This document shows positions 21,312-31,042 of a stretch of DNA of 64,000 nt, one piece after another. Below the pieces are notes generated by a model. It saw only the letters and a list, made by a program, of their open reading frames with translations. It was not told the DNA's origin and did no database searches. The stretch lies in NCBI GenBank assembly GCA_040003255.1, contig JBDUCV010000003.1:255-64254 (forward strand), read 5' to 3'. The DNA comes from Actinomycetota bacterium. Lineage in GTDB: Bacteria > Actinomycetota > Actinomycetes > Mycobacteriales > Jatrophihabitantaceae. A program made the position numbers and the translations under genes. How positions within the stretch are numbered: position 1 is the stretch's first letter; the number at the start of each line of letters is the position of its first letter.

Positions 21312-22697
21312 ATGCGGGTCGTGGTGGTCGGCGCCGGGATCTCCGGCTTGGCGGCTGCCTGGGACGTGAGCCGACGGCACCCCGAGGCGGACGTCGTCGT
21401 TCTGGAAGCCGCGGATCGCGTGGGCGGCAAGCTGCGTGTTGCTCAGGTCGCCGGACTGCCCGTCGACGTCGGCGCTGAGGCGTTGCTCACTCGCCGCCCC
21501 GAGGGAGTCCAGCTCATCCGGGAGCTTGGCGTGGACGATCGGTTGATCGCCCCGCTGAGCACCGCCGCATCGATCGTCGCCGGGGGAGCGACCCACCCGC
21601 TGCCGGCACGCACGGTGCTGGGCATCCCGTCGGACGTCGGATCGCTGCAGGCATCGGGGGTGCTCAGCCCGGACGCGATCGCGGCCGTTCAGAACGAACC
21701 GGCCGCCGGACCAATGCCCCCGATCACGGCAGATATCACGGTCGGCGCCATGGTGCGGCGCCGCTTCGGTGACGAGGTCGTCGACCGGCTCGTGCAGCCA
21801 CTGCTCGGCGGGGTGTACGCGGGCCGGGCGGACGAGTTGTCCCTGGAGGCCACCGTCCCCGCCCTATACGCCCAACTGTCGAGTGGTGGGTCGCTGCTGA
21901 CGGCCGCACGGACAGTGGCGGACGACCGGAACCGCGCGGACGTGTCCGGCCCGATCTTCGCCTCGCTGCGGGGTGGTCTGGGCAGCCTGCCCCAGGCGCT
22001 GGCGGCAACTGGCCGCTTCACCGTTCGTACCGGGGTGACGGTGCGGACGATCCGCAGGGCGGCGACCGGTTTCACCCTCGACTGTGGCCCGGTGCCGTTC
22101 CCCGAGGCGATCAACGCCGACGCCGTCATCGTGGCCACGCCAGCGGCGAAGGCGTCGGCGCTGTTGCGCGACGTCGCACCGCTGGCCGCCCAGGATCTGG
22201 CGGGAATCGAGAGCGCGAGCCTGGCCATCGTGACCTTCGCCTTCGCGGGCGTGGTCCTGCCTACCGGCAGTGGGCTACTGGTCGGCGCCCGCGAGCCGTT
22301 CGGCGTGAAGGCGGTCACCCAACTGTCGCAGAAATGGCCAGGCACCCCCGAGGACCTGGTGCTGCTGCGTGCATCGATCGGGCGGGCCGGTGACACCCGC
22401 GACCTGCAGCTCGACGACGCCGATCTCGCGGTTGCTGCGCTGCGTGACCTGCGCACGCTGATCGGTCTGGATGCCGACCCTGTCGACACACAGGTCACCC
22501 GGTGGGGGGGCGGCCTGCCGCAGTACGCGCTAGGGCACGTCGCCAGGATCGAGCGGATCCGGGCATCCGTGGCCGGCGTGCCCGGACTGGCCGTGTGCGG
22601 CGCCGCCTACGACGGCATCGGCATCCCCGCGTGCATCGCCTCCGCCCGGCGCGCGGTGGACCAGCTGCTCGCGGCGACGCTCGCATCTGGACAATGA
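21312..22697 (+). CDS. hemY: Protoporphyrinogen/coproporphyrinogen III oxidase (FAD, HemY/CgoX type)
   Basis: [16 protein letters not shown] is the dinucleotide fold, with a C-terminal [13 protein letters not shown]. The gene sits between hemE and hemQ. Confidence 0.9.
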   Translation: MRVVVVGAGISGLAAAWDVSRRHPEADVVVLEAADRVGGKLRVAQVAGLPVDVGAEALLTRRPEGVQLIRELGVDDRLIAPLSTAASIVAGGATHPLPARTVLGIPSDVGSLQASGVLSPDAIAAVQNEPAAGPMPPITADITVGAMVRRRFGDEVVDRLVQPLLGGVYAGRADELSLEATVPALYAQLSSGGSLLTAARTVADDRNRADVSGPIFASLRGGLGSLPQALAATGRFTVRTGVTVRTIRRAATGFTLDCGPVPFPEAINADAVIVATPAAKASALLRDVAPLAAQDLAGIESASLAIVTFAFAGVVLPTGSGLLVGAREPFGVKAVTQLSQKWPGTPEDLVLLRASIGRAGDTRDLQLDDADLAVAALRDLRTLIGLDADPVDTQVTRWGGGLPQYALGHVARIERIRASVAGVPGLAVCGAAYDGIGIPACIASARRAVDQLLAATLASGQ

Positions 22698-23398
22698 GAG
22701 GCATGGTCGACGGCAAGCAGGCGCGCGAGCTCAACGAGGTCATCCGGTACACGGCCTGGTCGGTCTTCCGGGCCAGCCGGCCGATCGGCGACGCGGACCG
22801 CGTCGAGCTGAGCGCCGAGGTCGCCGAACTGTTCGAGCAGCTGGCGGCCAAGGATGTCGTGGTGCGCGGCAGTTATGACGTCAGCGCATTGCGCGCCGAT
22901 GCCGATGTGATGATCTGGTGGCACGCGGCGTCCGCCGAGTCCCTGCAGGACGCGTACAGCCGCTTCCGGCGCACCCGACTCGGCGGCTACCTCCAGCCGG
23001 TGTGGTCGAACATGGCATTGCACCGTCCGGCGGAGTTCAACCGGAGCCACATCCCAGCGTTCCTCGCCGAGGAGGAGCCCCGCGCTTACGTGTGCGTGTA
23101 CCCCTTCGTGCGCTCCTATGAGTGGTATCTGCTGCCTGACAATGAGCGCCGCACACTGCTTGCCGAGCATGGCCAGCTGGCCCGCGACTATCCAGACGTG
23201 CGGGCAAACACCGTCGCGTCGTTCGCGCTCGGGGATTACGAGTGGCTGCTGGCGTTCGAGGCGGACGAGTTGCACCGCATCGTCGACCTGATGCGCCATC
23301 TGCGGGCATCCGAGACCCGGCGGCATGTGCGCGAAGAAGTGCCGTTCTACACGGGCACCCGGCGCACGGTCGCAGAGATCGTCAGCGCGCTGCCCTAA
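22694..23398 (+). CDS. hemQ: Coproheme decarboxylase (chlorite-dismutase-like HemQ/ChdC)
   Basis: [13 protein letters not shown]...[17 protein letters not shown]...FALGDYEW is typical of HemQ. The ATG at 22694 overlaps the hemY stop (ATGA). Confidence 0.9.
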   Translation: MRGMVDGKQARELNEVIRYTAWSVFRASRPIGDADRVELSAEVAELFEQLAAKDVVVRGSYDVSALRADADVMIWWHAASAESLQDAYSRFRRTRLGGYLQPVWSNMALHRPAEFNRSHIPAFLAEEEPRAYVCVYPFVRSYEWYLLPDNERRTLLAEHGQLARDYPDVRANTVASFALGDYEWLLAFEADELHRIVDLMRHLRASETRRHVREEVPFYTGTRRTVAEIVSALP

Positions 23399-23815
23399 TC
23401 ACTGCTCGTCGAAGGTCATCGAGATCGAGTTGATGCAGTAGCGAAGATCGGTCGGTGTGACGTAGCCCTCGCCCTCGAACACGTGACCCAGGTGGCTGTG
23501 GCAATTCGCGCACAGCACCTCGACTCGGGTCATGCCCATGCTGCGGTCGCGCCGCTCGATGATCCGGTCACCGGCGAGCGGGCTGAAGAAGCTCGGCCAC
23601 CCGCAATGTGAGTCGAATTTCGTGTCGCTGCGGAAGAGCTCGTTGCCGCACGCCCGGCAGCCATACACGCCGACCTTCTTGTTGTCGGTGTATTCGCCGA
23701 CGTGGGGAGGCTCGGTCCCTGCCTTGCGCAGTACCGCGTACTCAGCGGGGGTGAGCTGCTCGCGCCATTCGGCGTCAGTTTTGGACACCTTCGGAACCTG
23801 CTCGACGGAACTCAT
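23399..23815 (-). CDS. msrB: Peptide-methionine (R)-S-oxide reductase
   Basis: Zinc CxxC pairs (YGCRACGNELF, CANCHSHLGHVF) and the catalytic RYCINS motif are present. Confidence 0.95.
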   Translation of the reverse strand: MSSVEQVPKVSKTDAEWREQLTPAEYAVLRKAGTEPPHVGEYTDNKKVGVYGCRACGNELFRSDTKFDSHCGWPSFFSPLAGDRIIERRDRSMGMTRVEVLCANCHSHLGHVFEGEGYVTPTDLRYCINSISMTFDEQ

Positions 23816-23851
23816 GCCATCGACGGTACCGACCGTCGGCCAGGTGATTGA

Positions 23852-24097
23852 TTACCAGATGCGGACGATGCCCACGATGCCGTAGCCGATCGCGACGGCG
23901 AAGCCGATCAGGATCAGCCACACGGTAATGACGGCGACGGTGCGGCGTGGTCCGCTCAGCCGGGTGAAACCGGCGCTGAACGCGGCGATGTTCTGCAGCT
24001 CGCCGTCCGCGGTGTTCGGATTTGCAACACGCCCCCAGGCGAAGTCTGCCGCCCCGTCGTACGGAGGGTCGTCGTCCTCAGCCGGATCGGTGTGCAT
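23852..24097 (-). CDS. Small hypothetical membrane protein
   Basis: An acidic N-terminus is followed by one strong C-terminal TM helix (VAVITVWLILIGFAVAIGYGIVGIV). No family is recognised. Confidence 0.45.
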   Translation of the reverse strand: MHTDPAEDDDPPYDGAADFAWGRVANPNTADGELQNIAAFSAGFTRLSGPRRTVAVITVWLILIGFAVAIGYGIVGIVRIW

Positions 24098-24139
24098 CCG
24101 TTCAGGGTAGGTCGCGAGGTGGTACTAGCGTCTTGCAGC

Positions 24140-25150
24140 GTGCCATCGCCGTTTACGGAGGTCGCCGTCGGTCAGCGCACGGTCCGGATCAGCAATCCCG
24201 ACCGGATCTACTTCTCCGCGCGCGGCGAGACGAAGCTGGATCTAGTCCGCTACTACCTAGCCGTCGGCGACGGCATCGTGCGGGCGCTGCGCGAGCGGCC
24301 GTGCATGTTGCACCGCTATCCCGACGGCGTGGACGGCGAGAAGATTTACCAGAAGCGGTTGCCCAAGGGAGCTCCGGCTTGGGTCGAGACCGTAGAAGTG
24401 AAGTTCCCGTCCGGACGTTCGGCGGCCGAACTGTGCGTGACCGAGCTGGCGAGCGTCGTATGGGCGGTGCAGATGTCGACCGTCGAGTTCCACCCCTGGC
24501 ATTCCCGGCGCCCCGACACCGAGCGTCCCGACGAGCTACGCATCGACCTCGATCCGCAGCCGGGGACCGGGTTGGCCGAGGCGAAGCGGGTCGCCGTCGT
24601 CGTGCATGAGCTCCTCGACGAACTCGGCGCTGTGGGCTGGCCGAAGACGTCCGGCTCGCGGGGTATTCACGTCTACGTGCGTATCGAGCCAGCATTCGGG
24701 TTCCGTGAGGTCCGGCGCGCGGCGTTGGCCTTTGCCCGCGAGGTGGAGCGGCGGATCCCGCAACTCGCGACGACGGCCTGGTGGAAAGAAGAGCGCGGCG
24801 CGCAGATCTTCCTGGACTACAACCAGAACGCCCGCGATCGCACGATCGCCAGTGCCTATTCCGTCCGGGGTCGCCCGGATGGCCCGGTATCCGCTCCGGT
24901 GACATGGGAGGAGCTGCCGGACGTCGAGACCGACGATTTCACGATCGCGACTATGCCTGCGCGGTTTGACCGACTTGGTGATCTGCATGGCGGGATCGAC
25001 GACGCGGTGTGGTCGCTCGAACCGCTTCTGGAATGGGCCGATCGCGACGAGCGGGACCACGGGCTCGGCGACGCGCCGTACCCGCCGAACTTTCCCAAGC
25101 AGGAGGGCGAACCGATGCGGGTTCAGCCCAGTCGCGCGCGTAAGGCCTGA
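24140..25150 (+). CDS. Stand-alone LigD-type primase-polymerase domain protein (Prim-PolC-like)
   Basis: RISNPDRIYF, LHRYPDG, the catalytic ELRIDLDP, and KTSGSRGIHVYVRI are the archaeo-eukaryotic primase motifs of the NHEJ polymerase domain. No ligase or nuclease domain is attached. I chose the GTG start at 24140. Confidence 0.85.
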   Translation: MPSPFTEVAVGQRTVRISNPDRIYFSARGETKLDLVRYYLAVGDGIVRALRERPCMLHRYPDGVDGEKIYQKRLPKGAPAWVETVEVKFPSGRSAAELCVTELASVVWAVQMSTVEFHPWHSRRPDTERPDELRIDLDPQPGTGLAEAKRVAVVVHELLDELGAVGWPKTSGSRGIHVYVRIEPAFGFREVRRAALAFAREVERRIPQLATTAWWKEERGAQIFLDYNQNARDRTIASAYSVRGRPDGPVSAPVTWEELPDVETDDFTIATMPARFDRLGDLHGGIDDAVWSLEPLLEWADRDERDHGLGDAPYPPNFPKQEGEPMRVQPSRARKA

Positions 25151-25203
25151 ACCGCGCTGCACGGCTGTTCTCTGCCCCCAGGACGTGGTGGAAAAATCGG
25201 CGC

Positions 25204-26037
25204 CTATCGGGTGACGAGCACGATCGACCCGGCGGCGAGCGCCAGGCCAACCCGCTGCATCCGCCCGGTGTGCTCGTGCAGTACCGCGATCGATAGCAGC
25301 ACCGTGGCAGCCGGGTAGAGCGAGGTGATCACGCTGGCGAGGGACAAGAACCCCTGCCGGGACGCGAGCAGGAAGAACAGGTTGGCCGCAGCGTCCAGCA
25401 CGCCGGCGGTTGCGGCCAGGACGAGCAGCCGCGGCGGCAAGTGGGCCACGTTCGCCGTGCGCCGGGCCAGGGCCACGATCAGTACGGCCGAAGCCGCCCG
25501 CGAGATCACTACCGGCCACAGGCCGGAGTCCTGCGCGGGCTGCGCGAGGCAGATGAAATACACGCCGAAGCCAAGGCCCGACAGCACCGCAAGCGCCAGC
25601 ACGCGACTGCCGAGCGGGCCGTGCGGATGGTCCTCCGGAGTCCGGCTGACCAGCACGACGGCCAGCAGCCCAATCGCGATACCCGCCCAGGCCGCCGGGC
25701 CGGGCCGCTCTCCGGTCAACACGCCGAAGACGACCGGGACGGCGGCGGCGAGCACGGCGGTGATCGGCGAGATGATGTTCATCGGCGCGACGGCCATCAG
25801 GCTGTAGAGCAGGGTGACGCCGACCAGTCCCGCAACGCCGCCCGCGGCGCCGTAGCCGAGCGTGGGCCAGTTCAGGGTCCCCGGGAAAACCGGCAGCATC
25901 GCGCACATGAGCAGCGCCCCGACCGGATAGCTGTACAGCAGAATCGTGATCGCAGCGCGCTGTCGTGCGGCGAGACCTCCGACGAAGTCCCCGACCCCAT
26001 AGGCGACCGCGGCCACCAGGGCGAGGAGGACTACCAC
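25204..26037 (-). CDS. EamA/DMT-family transporter
   Basis: About 10 TM segments are present, with two EamA-like halves. The N-terminal YGVGDFVGG resembles this family. Confidence 0.8.
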   Translation of the reverse strand: MVVLLALVAAVAYGVGDFVGGLAARQRAAITILLYSYPVGALLMCAMLPVFPGTLNWPTLGYGAAGGVAGLVGVTLLYSLMAVAPMNIISPITAVLAAAVPVVFGVLTGERPGPAAWAGIAIGLLAVVLVSRTPEDHPHGPLGSRVLALAVLSGLGFGVYFICLAQPAQDSGLWPVVISRAASAVLIVALARRTANVAHLPPRLLVLAATAGVLDAAANLFFLLASRQGFLSLASVITSLYPAATVLLSIAVLHEHTGRMQRVGLALAAGSIVLVTR

Positions 26038-26062
26038 GCCCGAAGGCTACTGACGCCTTGCG

Positions 26063-27319
26063 TTACCCAGCCTTCACCATTGTCAGCTGGTTGACGTCTA
26101 GGTAGCCGGTGCGAAACCCCGCCTCGCAGTAAGCGAGGTAAAGCGACCACATCCGACGGAACGTCTCATCGAACCCGAGCGTGGCGATCTCGGCGGCGCG
26201 CGCCTCGAACCGGGCCCGCCAACGGCGCAGCGTCTCGGCGTAGTGCTGGCCGAAGGCGTACCGGTCGGTCGCTCGCAACGCCGTGTACCGCGCCAGGGTC
26301 CGCTCGATCGCCTCGGGAGACAGCAACTGCCCGCCCGGGAAGATGTACTTGCGAATCCAGGTGTAGGTGTCGCGCGTTGCGCTAACCCGGTCGTCCGCCT
26401 GAACGATGGCCTGCAGGCCGAATCGGCCGTGAGGAACCAGCGCGCGATCGACGGCGCGGAAATACTCCGGCCAGTGGTTGGCGCCGACCGCCTCGATCAT
26501 TTCCACACTGATGACCGCGTCGTAGCGCCCGGTGGTCTGCCGGTAGTCCTGCAACAGGACGACGGCACGGTCCGAAAGCCCAGCTGCGGCGATCCGGTCG
26601 CGCGCGAGTTGAGCCTGCTCGGTCGAGAGGGTGATCGAGGTGACCGTCGCGCCGCGGCGTGCCGCGCGAATCGCGAGCTCACCCCAGCCTGTGCCGATCT
26701 CCAGCAGCCGGGTGTGCGCACCCACGGCAGTCGCATCGAGCAGCCGGTCGATCTTGCAGTGCTGCGCGGTGGTCAGTTCGTCCGTGGACGCCGCCGGGTC
26801 GCCGTTGTACAGCGCTGAGGAGTACGTCATCGACTCGTCCAGGAACGCCTTGAACATGTCGTTGGACAAGTCGTAATGGCGGCCGATGTTCATCCGGGCC
26901 CCGTCGATAGTGTTGTCCTGCTCGGCCGGCTGGCGGCTCAGGACGGCGTGCCGGAGCCGCTGCAACGTGGACGGGATGAGATCGCGAATGTTGGCGGCAA
27001 ACGCCGATAGGACGCCGGTCAAGTCGTCGCAGGTCCAGTCCCCGGCCATAAACGCCTCGCCGAACCCGATCGTCCCGGCGGCGCCGAGACGATGGAAAAA
27101 CGACGACGGCCGAACCAGCCGCAGCACCGGGTCGTGCGCCGCGCCCCCACCGTAGGCGCGTCCGCGCGGCTCGACCACGCGCAGGGGCAGCCGGGCGACG
27201 GCGTGCCGGAACAACCGGGTCGCGATGGCGGCTCGGACGGGCGAGTGCGGCGCGGTCGCCACGTCCGGCCACCTCTCCGGGTCGATCGAACCCGGCAGGA
27301 CAGAGACGGAGTTCATCAT
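26063..27319 (-). CDS. Cyclopropane-fatty-acyl-phospholipid synthase family SAM-dependent methyltransferase
   Basis: HYDLSNDMFKAFLDESMTYSSALY, the SAM motif LLEIGTGWGELA, and the C-terminal RMWSLYLAYCEAGF are present. I chose the ATG at 27319 (MMNSV); the 581-aa track ORF is an extension. Confidence 0.85.
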   Translation of the reverse strand: MMNSVSVLPGSIDPERWPDVATAPHSPVRAAIATRLFRHAVARLPLRVVEPRGRAYGGGAAHDPVLRLVRPSSFFHRLGAAGTIGFGEAFMAGDWTCDDLTGVLSAFAANIRDLIPSTLQRLRHAVLSRQPAEQDNTIDGARMNIGRHYDLSNDMFKAFLDESMTYSSALYNGDPAASTDELTTAQHCKIDRLLDATAVGAHTRLLEIGTGWGELAIRAARRGATVTSITLSTEQAQLARDRIAAAGLSDRAVVLLQDYRQTTGRYDAVISVEMIEAVGANHWPEYFRAVDRALVPHGRFGLQAIVQADDRVSATRDTYTWIRKYIFPGGQLLSPEAIERTLARYTALRATDRYAFGQHYAETLRRWRARFEARAAEIATLGFDETFRRMWSLYLAYCEAGFRTGYLDVNQLTMVKAG

Positions 27320-27354
27320 CGCCACCTTTCGGCTGAGTAGGCCGGCGTGACACA

Positions 27355-28068
27355 TCAGACGACGAGCGACGGCTCTCCGGCAAGAGCCCGACGTAGGGGA
27401 TTCGTGGCAGGCCCGTCGGCGGTTCCCGCCGCCGGCATATCCCACAGCGCGCCGAGGATGAAGCCGCTCGCCAGGTCGTGCGCCAACCTCGCCCGGCGCA
27501 GCATCGCATGCCGGGCGCCGCGAACGCTCACGTAGCTGACCTGCGCGCCCGCCGCCCGAGCTCGGACTGCCCACGCTGCCGAGGTTCGCGGGTCTGTCAT
27601 CCGGTCGCGGGTGCCGTGCATGATCAGGATCCGGGCGCCTTCGACGTCGTTCACTGGCTCCCCGGCAGGCAGCCAGGGAGCGACGGCCACGACCGCCGTG
27701 ACCGACTCGTCGTCGGCGACACGCAACGCCGCCCGGCCGCCCATCGAGTGACCCAGCAGCGCGATCGGTACAGCCGGGAACCGGTCGCGGATCCGGTCCA
27801 GCGCCCATCGCGCATCGTGCACCGGCGACTCGAGCCGCCCATTCCAGCCACGGACCCGGAACAGCAGCCGCACGACCGCCAGTCCGTGCCGAGCACCGGC
27901 GTGGCGCAAGGCGCGGTCGAACGGAATCATCCTCAACACAGCGACTTGCGAGGGACGCACGGGCAGGCTGCTCTCCGACCGGCCGCCGTGCAGCACCACG
28001 GCCACGCCGCGGATTTCGCCCCTCGGCCGGTGGATCCGCAAGCCCGGGTCACCGCTCATCGGGGGCAC
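27355..28068 (-). CDS. Alpha/beta hydrolase
   Basis: The nucleophile elbow GHSMGG is present, with a downstream HGTRD and a C-terminal His. The start overlaps the upstream peptidase stop by 13 nt. Confidence 0.7.
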   Translation of the reverse strand: MPPMSGDPGLRIHRPRGEIRGVAVVLHGGRSESSLPVRPSQVAVLRMIPFDRALRHAGARHGLAVVRLLFRVRGWNGRLESPVHDARWALDRIRDRFPAVPIALLGHSMGGRAALRVADDESVTAVVAVAPWLPAGEPVNDVEGARILIMHGTRDRMTDPRTSAAWAVRARAAGAQVSYVSVRGARHAMLRRARLAHDLASGFILGALWDMPAAGTADGPATNPLRRALAGEPSLVV

Positions 28069-29666
28069 GTCGTGTTCGCCGCGGGGATGTTCTGTTCGAG
28101 CAGGTAGTCGTCGACCGCATTGTCGATGCAGCGGCTCTGCCCGTAGGACGTGTGCCCCTGTCCGTCCCAGGTGAGCAGCACCCCAGTTGTCAGCGCGCGG
28201 GTGAGATTCACCGCGCCGGAATAGGGCGTGGCGGGGTCATGCAGGTTGCCCACAACCAGGATCGGCGGGGATCCGGCAGCGGTTGGGACGGGGACGGGAT
28301 GCCGGCTCTTCTGCCACGACTGGCATTGGAACAGACTCGTGGCACTCCACAGGCCGAACAACGGGTATTGAGTGGCCCAACGCTGCGCGGTCGCCTTGAT
28401 CACCGCGTCGGCAGGATCGGTGGGCTGATCGTTACAGGTCACGACGAGGAATACGTCGAGCAAATTGGCGAACGAGCCGTCGGTGCTGCGGTTGCTGTAG
28501 TTGTCCACGAGTTCGAACAATTCCTTTGCGTTACCGCGCCGGGCGTCAAGCAGCGCCGCGTCTAGTGCAGGCCACTCCCGCTCGCTGTAGAGCGCCGAAA
28601 GCACCGCGTATAGGACGATGCCGCCCGTCGCCTTGCGTGTCTCGCCGCTGCGGCTACTCCCGATCGGTGCGGCATTCGCCCGGGCCCGTAACGCTTGGAC
28701 CGCTGCGCGCGGTTGACCGAGCGCGGCACAGGCAGGACGGGCCGCGCAGTGGGCCGCAAACTGGTCGAACGCCTGCTCGAAGCCCTTGATCTGCTGGTCG
28801 TTGGCCCTGATTGCGTCACCGGTTGTGGTCGGGTCGACCGCGCCGTCGAGGACCATCGCGCGAATGCGGGCCGGGAACAAGTGCGCGTACACGGCGCCAA
28901 GCTGGGTGCCGTAGGAGAATCCCAGATAGTTCATCTTGTCATCGCCAACCGCATCACGGATGCGGTCCATGTCGCGGGCGGTCTCGACGGTGTTGTAATG
29001 CTCGAGTGCAGATCGGTACTTAGCCGTGCACGCTTGAGCCACGGTGGCGGTCGCCTGCTTGGCCTCGGCGAAGCCGGCGGCAGTGCGTACGTCCGGGTCG
29101 AGCGCCAGCAACCGGTCCTCGTCGGCGTCGCTCGTGCATCGGATGGGGGTCGAGAGGCCCACCCCGCGCGGGTCGAATCCGATCAGGTCGAAGCTCGAGA
29201 GCATCGTGTCCGACAGACCACCGGCGAGGTTGACGGCCAGCACTATGCCGGACCCACCCGGGCCGCCGGGGTCGACCAGCAGCGATCCGATGCGCTTGAC
29301 CTGTTCGCGCGAATGGACACGCAAGACTTCAACCGTGATCGTCTCGCCGTCGGGCCTGTCGTAGTCGAGCGGGACCTGCAGCTTGCCGCAATCGAAGCTC
29401 AACCTGTCCAGCCGCTCACTCGGGATACCCGATCCGGCGACGTTGAGCGCCCGGGAGCAGTCGTTGAACCCGATAGAGCCGGGACTGGCTGCGGCCGAGG
29501 GCGTCGCGGCCGGTGAGCTCGCCGTCGGCGACGACACGGAGGACGGTGACGCTGCAGGAGTCCCGTGCCCGCGGACTGCCTCGGTGCAGGCGCTCACCGA
29601 AAGGAATGCACTCAAAACGGCAGTGACACGGACGGCGCGGCGGCGGATGACTGGCACGACAAGCAC
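28056..29666 (-). CDS. Secreted/lipoprotein alpha/beta hydrolase, tripeptidyl-aminopeptidase (S33, TAP) type
   Basis: A lipobox-like LSVSAC is present. GFSYGT is the nucleophile elbow, followed by the TAP-like C-terminal domain (NLHDPATPY...GQGHTSY). Confidence 0.8.
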   Translation of the reverse strand: MLVVPVIRRRAVRVTAVLSAFLSVSACTEAVRGHGTPAASPSSVSSPTASSPAATPSAAASPGSIGFNDCSRALNVAGSGIPSERLDRLSFDCGKLQVPLDYDRPDGETITVEVLRVHSREQVKRIGSLLVDPGGPGGSGIVLAVNLAGGLSDTMLSSFDLIGFDPRGVGLSTPIRCTSDADEDRLLALDPDVRTAAGFAEAKQATATVAQACTAKYRSALEHYNTVETARDMDRIRDAVGDDKMNYLGFSYGTQLGAVYAHLFPARIRAMVLDGAVDPTTTGDAIRANDQQIKGFEQAFDQFAAHCAARPACAALGQPRAAVQALRARANAAPIGSSRSGETRKATGGIVLYAVLSALYSEREWPALDAALLDARRGNAKELFELVDNYSNRSTDGSFANLLDVFLVVTCNDQPTDPADAVIKATAQRWATQYPLFGLWSATSLFQCQSWQKSRHPVPVPTAAGSPPILVVGNLHDPATPYSGAVNLTRALTTGVLLTWDGQGHTSYGQSRCIDNAVDDYLLEQNIPAANTTCPR

Positions 29667-29695
29667 GTTACCGACTTATCGGCATCGGCTGGGCG

Positions 29696-29767
29696 ACGGC
29701 AGCGCTCCAGCGCCGGCATCGAGCCCGGGCTACGGCAGCGCTCCAGCGCCGGCATCGAGCCCGGGCT
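29696..29767. repeat. Perfect 36-bp direct tandem duplication (2 copies, plus a degenerate partial copy at 29678-29695)
   Basis: The unit ACGGCAGCGCTCCAGCGCCGGCATCGAGCCCGGGCT occurs at 29696-29731 and again, identically, at 29732-29767. Each unit carries GCGCT-CC-AGCGC, GCCGGC and GCCCGGGC palindromes. Confidence 0.95.
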
Positions 29768-31022
29768 AAGTACGTGCGAACGCAGCCGTGTCCTCGCGGA
29801 AGGCGGTGATCATCTCGGCCGTCAATGTTGGTTTCAGGTCCCTGACCGAGGCGAGGTAGTCGGCCGTCGTGGCGTGGCATCGCTCTCCGGTATCGACGCT
29901 GCGCTCGAAGGTCCGCTGGGCGACCGTTCGTGCGGCATGCCGGACATCGGCCGGGGTGAATCCGTCGCTGGCCGCTGCGAGCTGGGCGAGATCGACGTCG
30001 TCCTCGGCGACATAGCTCTGCCACAGCGCGGCGCGGGCCGGCAGGTCGGGTGGCCCGACGGGGAGGATGTAGTCAAAGCGGCCGTGCCGCAAGAATGCCG
30101 GGTCCAACGTCCGCACTGAATTGGTCGCGCAGATTAGCAGGCGACCGGGACGGTCCCGGAAGCTAACTAGCGCCTTGAGTAACTCGTTGACGACCCCGAG
30201 GTCGCCCACGCCCAGCGTCCGTGTTGCGGCGATGTCTTCGACCTCGTCGATGAACACGACGACATGGTCCAGTCCGTTGAGCTGGGTGAACACCTCGTTG
30301 ATACCGGTGGCCAGACCGGTACCGGTAGCGAGCCGGGACGGGAACAATTCGAGGAATGGCCAGCCCAGTCGACTCGCGGCGGCCCGGGCGAATGTGGTCT
30401 TCCCGGTTCCGGGCGGCCCGAACAAGATGACGGCGTGCGGTGGGTCCACTCCGTGCTCCGCGGCAAGCTCCGGGTGCGACAGGGGCAGCACGAGCTTGCG
30501 TTCGATCATGACCTTTTCGTCGGCCATACCGGCAATCTGCGACCACAGCCGTGAATTCGGCACGGTCGCTCCGAGCGCGGTGAGCAGCGAAACGGCGCGA
30601 GGCGAGCTCCGCTCGAGTTTCTCGTAATATGTGACGCCGCCTCGTGTCTGAAAGCCAGAGTTGGCAAGTGCGACGCTGCCGGTCTCACCATCGGGCAGCA
30701 GGGCGCTGATTCGTGACACGCCTCGGGCGAGCAGCCGGTGCTCAAGCGCGGCGAGCAGGTCACTACCCATCCCGCGGCCACGCCAAGCTGGCGACAGGGT
30801 GATCCGAAGGACCCAGGCGCGGTCCTCGTCGACGCGGCTTATCGCAGAGCCGACGACCTGTCCACCAGCGACGGCGACGACGGCCGGATGCCGATCGAGG
30901 CATGCGACGACATCGGCAAGGGTGAACAGGGGCGGCTGGTGGGTGATCGATGATTCCGCGTCCAGCCGAACTAGTGACTCCAGGTCGGCGGGCTCGAAGT
31001 CCCGGATATGCCAGCCCGTCAC
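29766..31022 (-). CDS. GNAT N-acetyltransferase / AAA+ ATPase fusion protein
   Basis: The N-terminal ~150 aa carry GNAT motif A (AWRGRGMGSDLL). The C-terminal classical AAA module has Walker A GPPGTGKT, Walker B VVFIDEVE, sensor-1 ICATN and an Arg finger in RHGRFD. The start is GTG. Confidence 0.8.
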   Translation of the reverse strand: MTGWHIRDFEPADLESLVRLDAESSITHQPPLFTLADVVACLDRHPAVVAVAGGQVVGSAISRVDEDRAWVLRITLSPAWRGRGMGSDLLAALEHRLLARGVSRISALLPDGETGSVALANSGFQTRGGVTYYEKLERSSPRAVSLLTALGATVPNSRLWSQIAGMADEKVMIERKLVLPLSHPELAAEHGVDPPHAVILFGPPGTGKTTFARAAASRLGWPFLELFPSRLATGTGLATGINEVFTQLNGLDHVVVFIDEVEDIAATRTLGVGDLGVVNELLKALVSFRDRPGRLLICATNSVRTLDPAFLRHGRFDYILPVGPPDLPARAALWQSYVAEDDVDLAQLAAASDGFTPADVRHAARTVAQRTFERSVDTGERCHATTADYLASVRDLKPTLTAEMITAFREDTAAFART

Positions 31023-31023
31023 G

Positions 31024-31042
31024 GGCCGATCCTAGATCGGCC
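31024..31042. promoter_or_regulatory. Perfect inverted repeat GGCCGATC-CTA-GATCGGCC in the divergent GNAT-AAA / ligC promoter region (candidate operator)
   Basis: The palindrome is read directly. It begins 2 nt upstream of the GNAT-AAA GTG and lies 54 nt upstream of the ligC ATG. Its function is inferred only. Confidence 0.3.

Noticed and set aside
29696-29767. The 36-bp repeat as a CRISPR array
   Set aside because: There are only two directly abutting copies with no spacers and no cas genes, so it is a simple tandem duplication.
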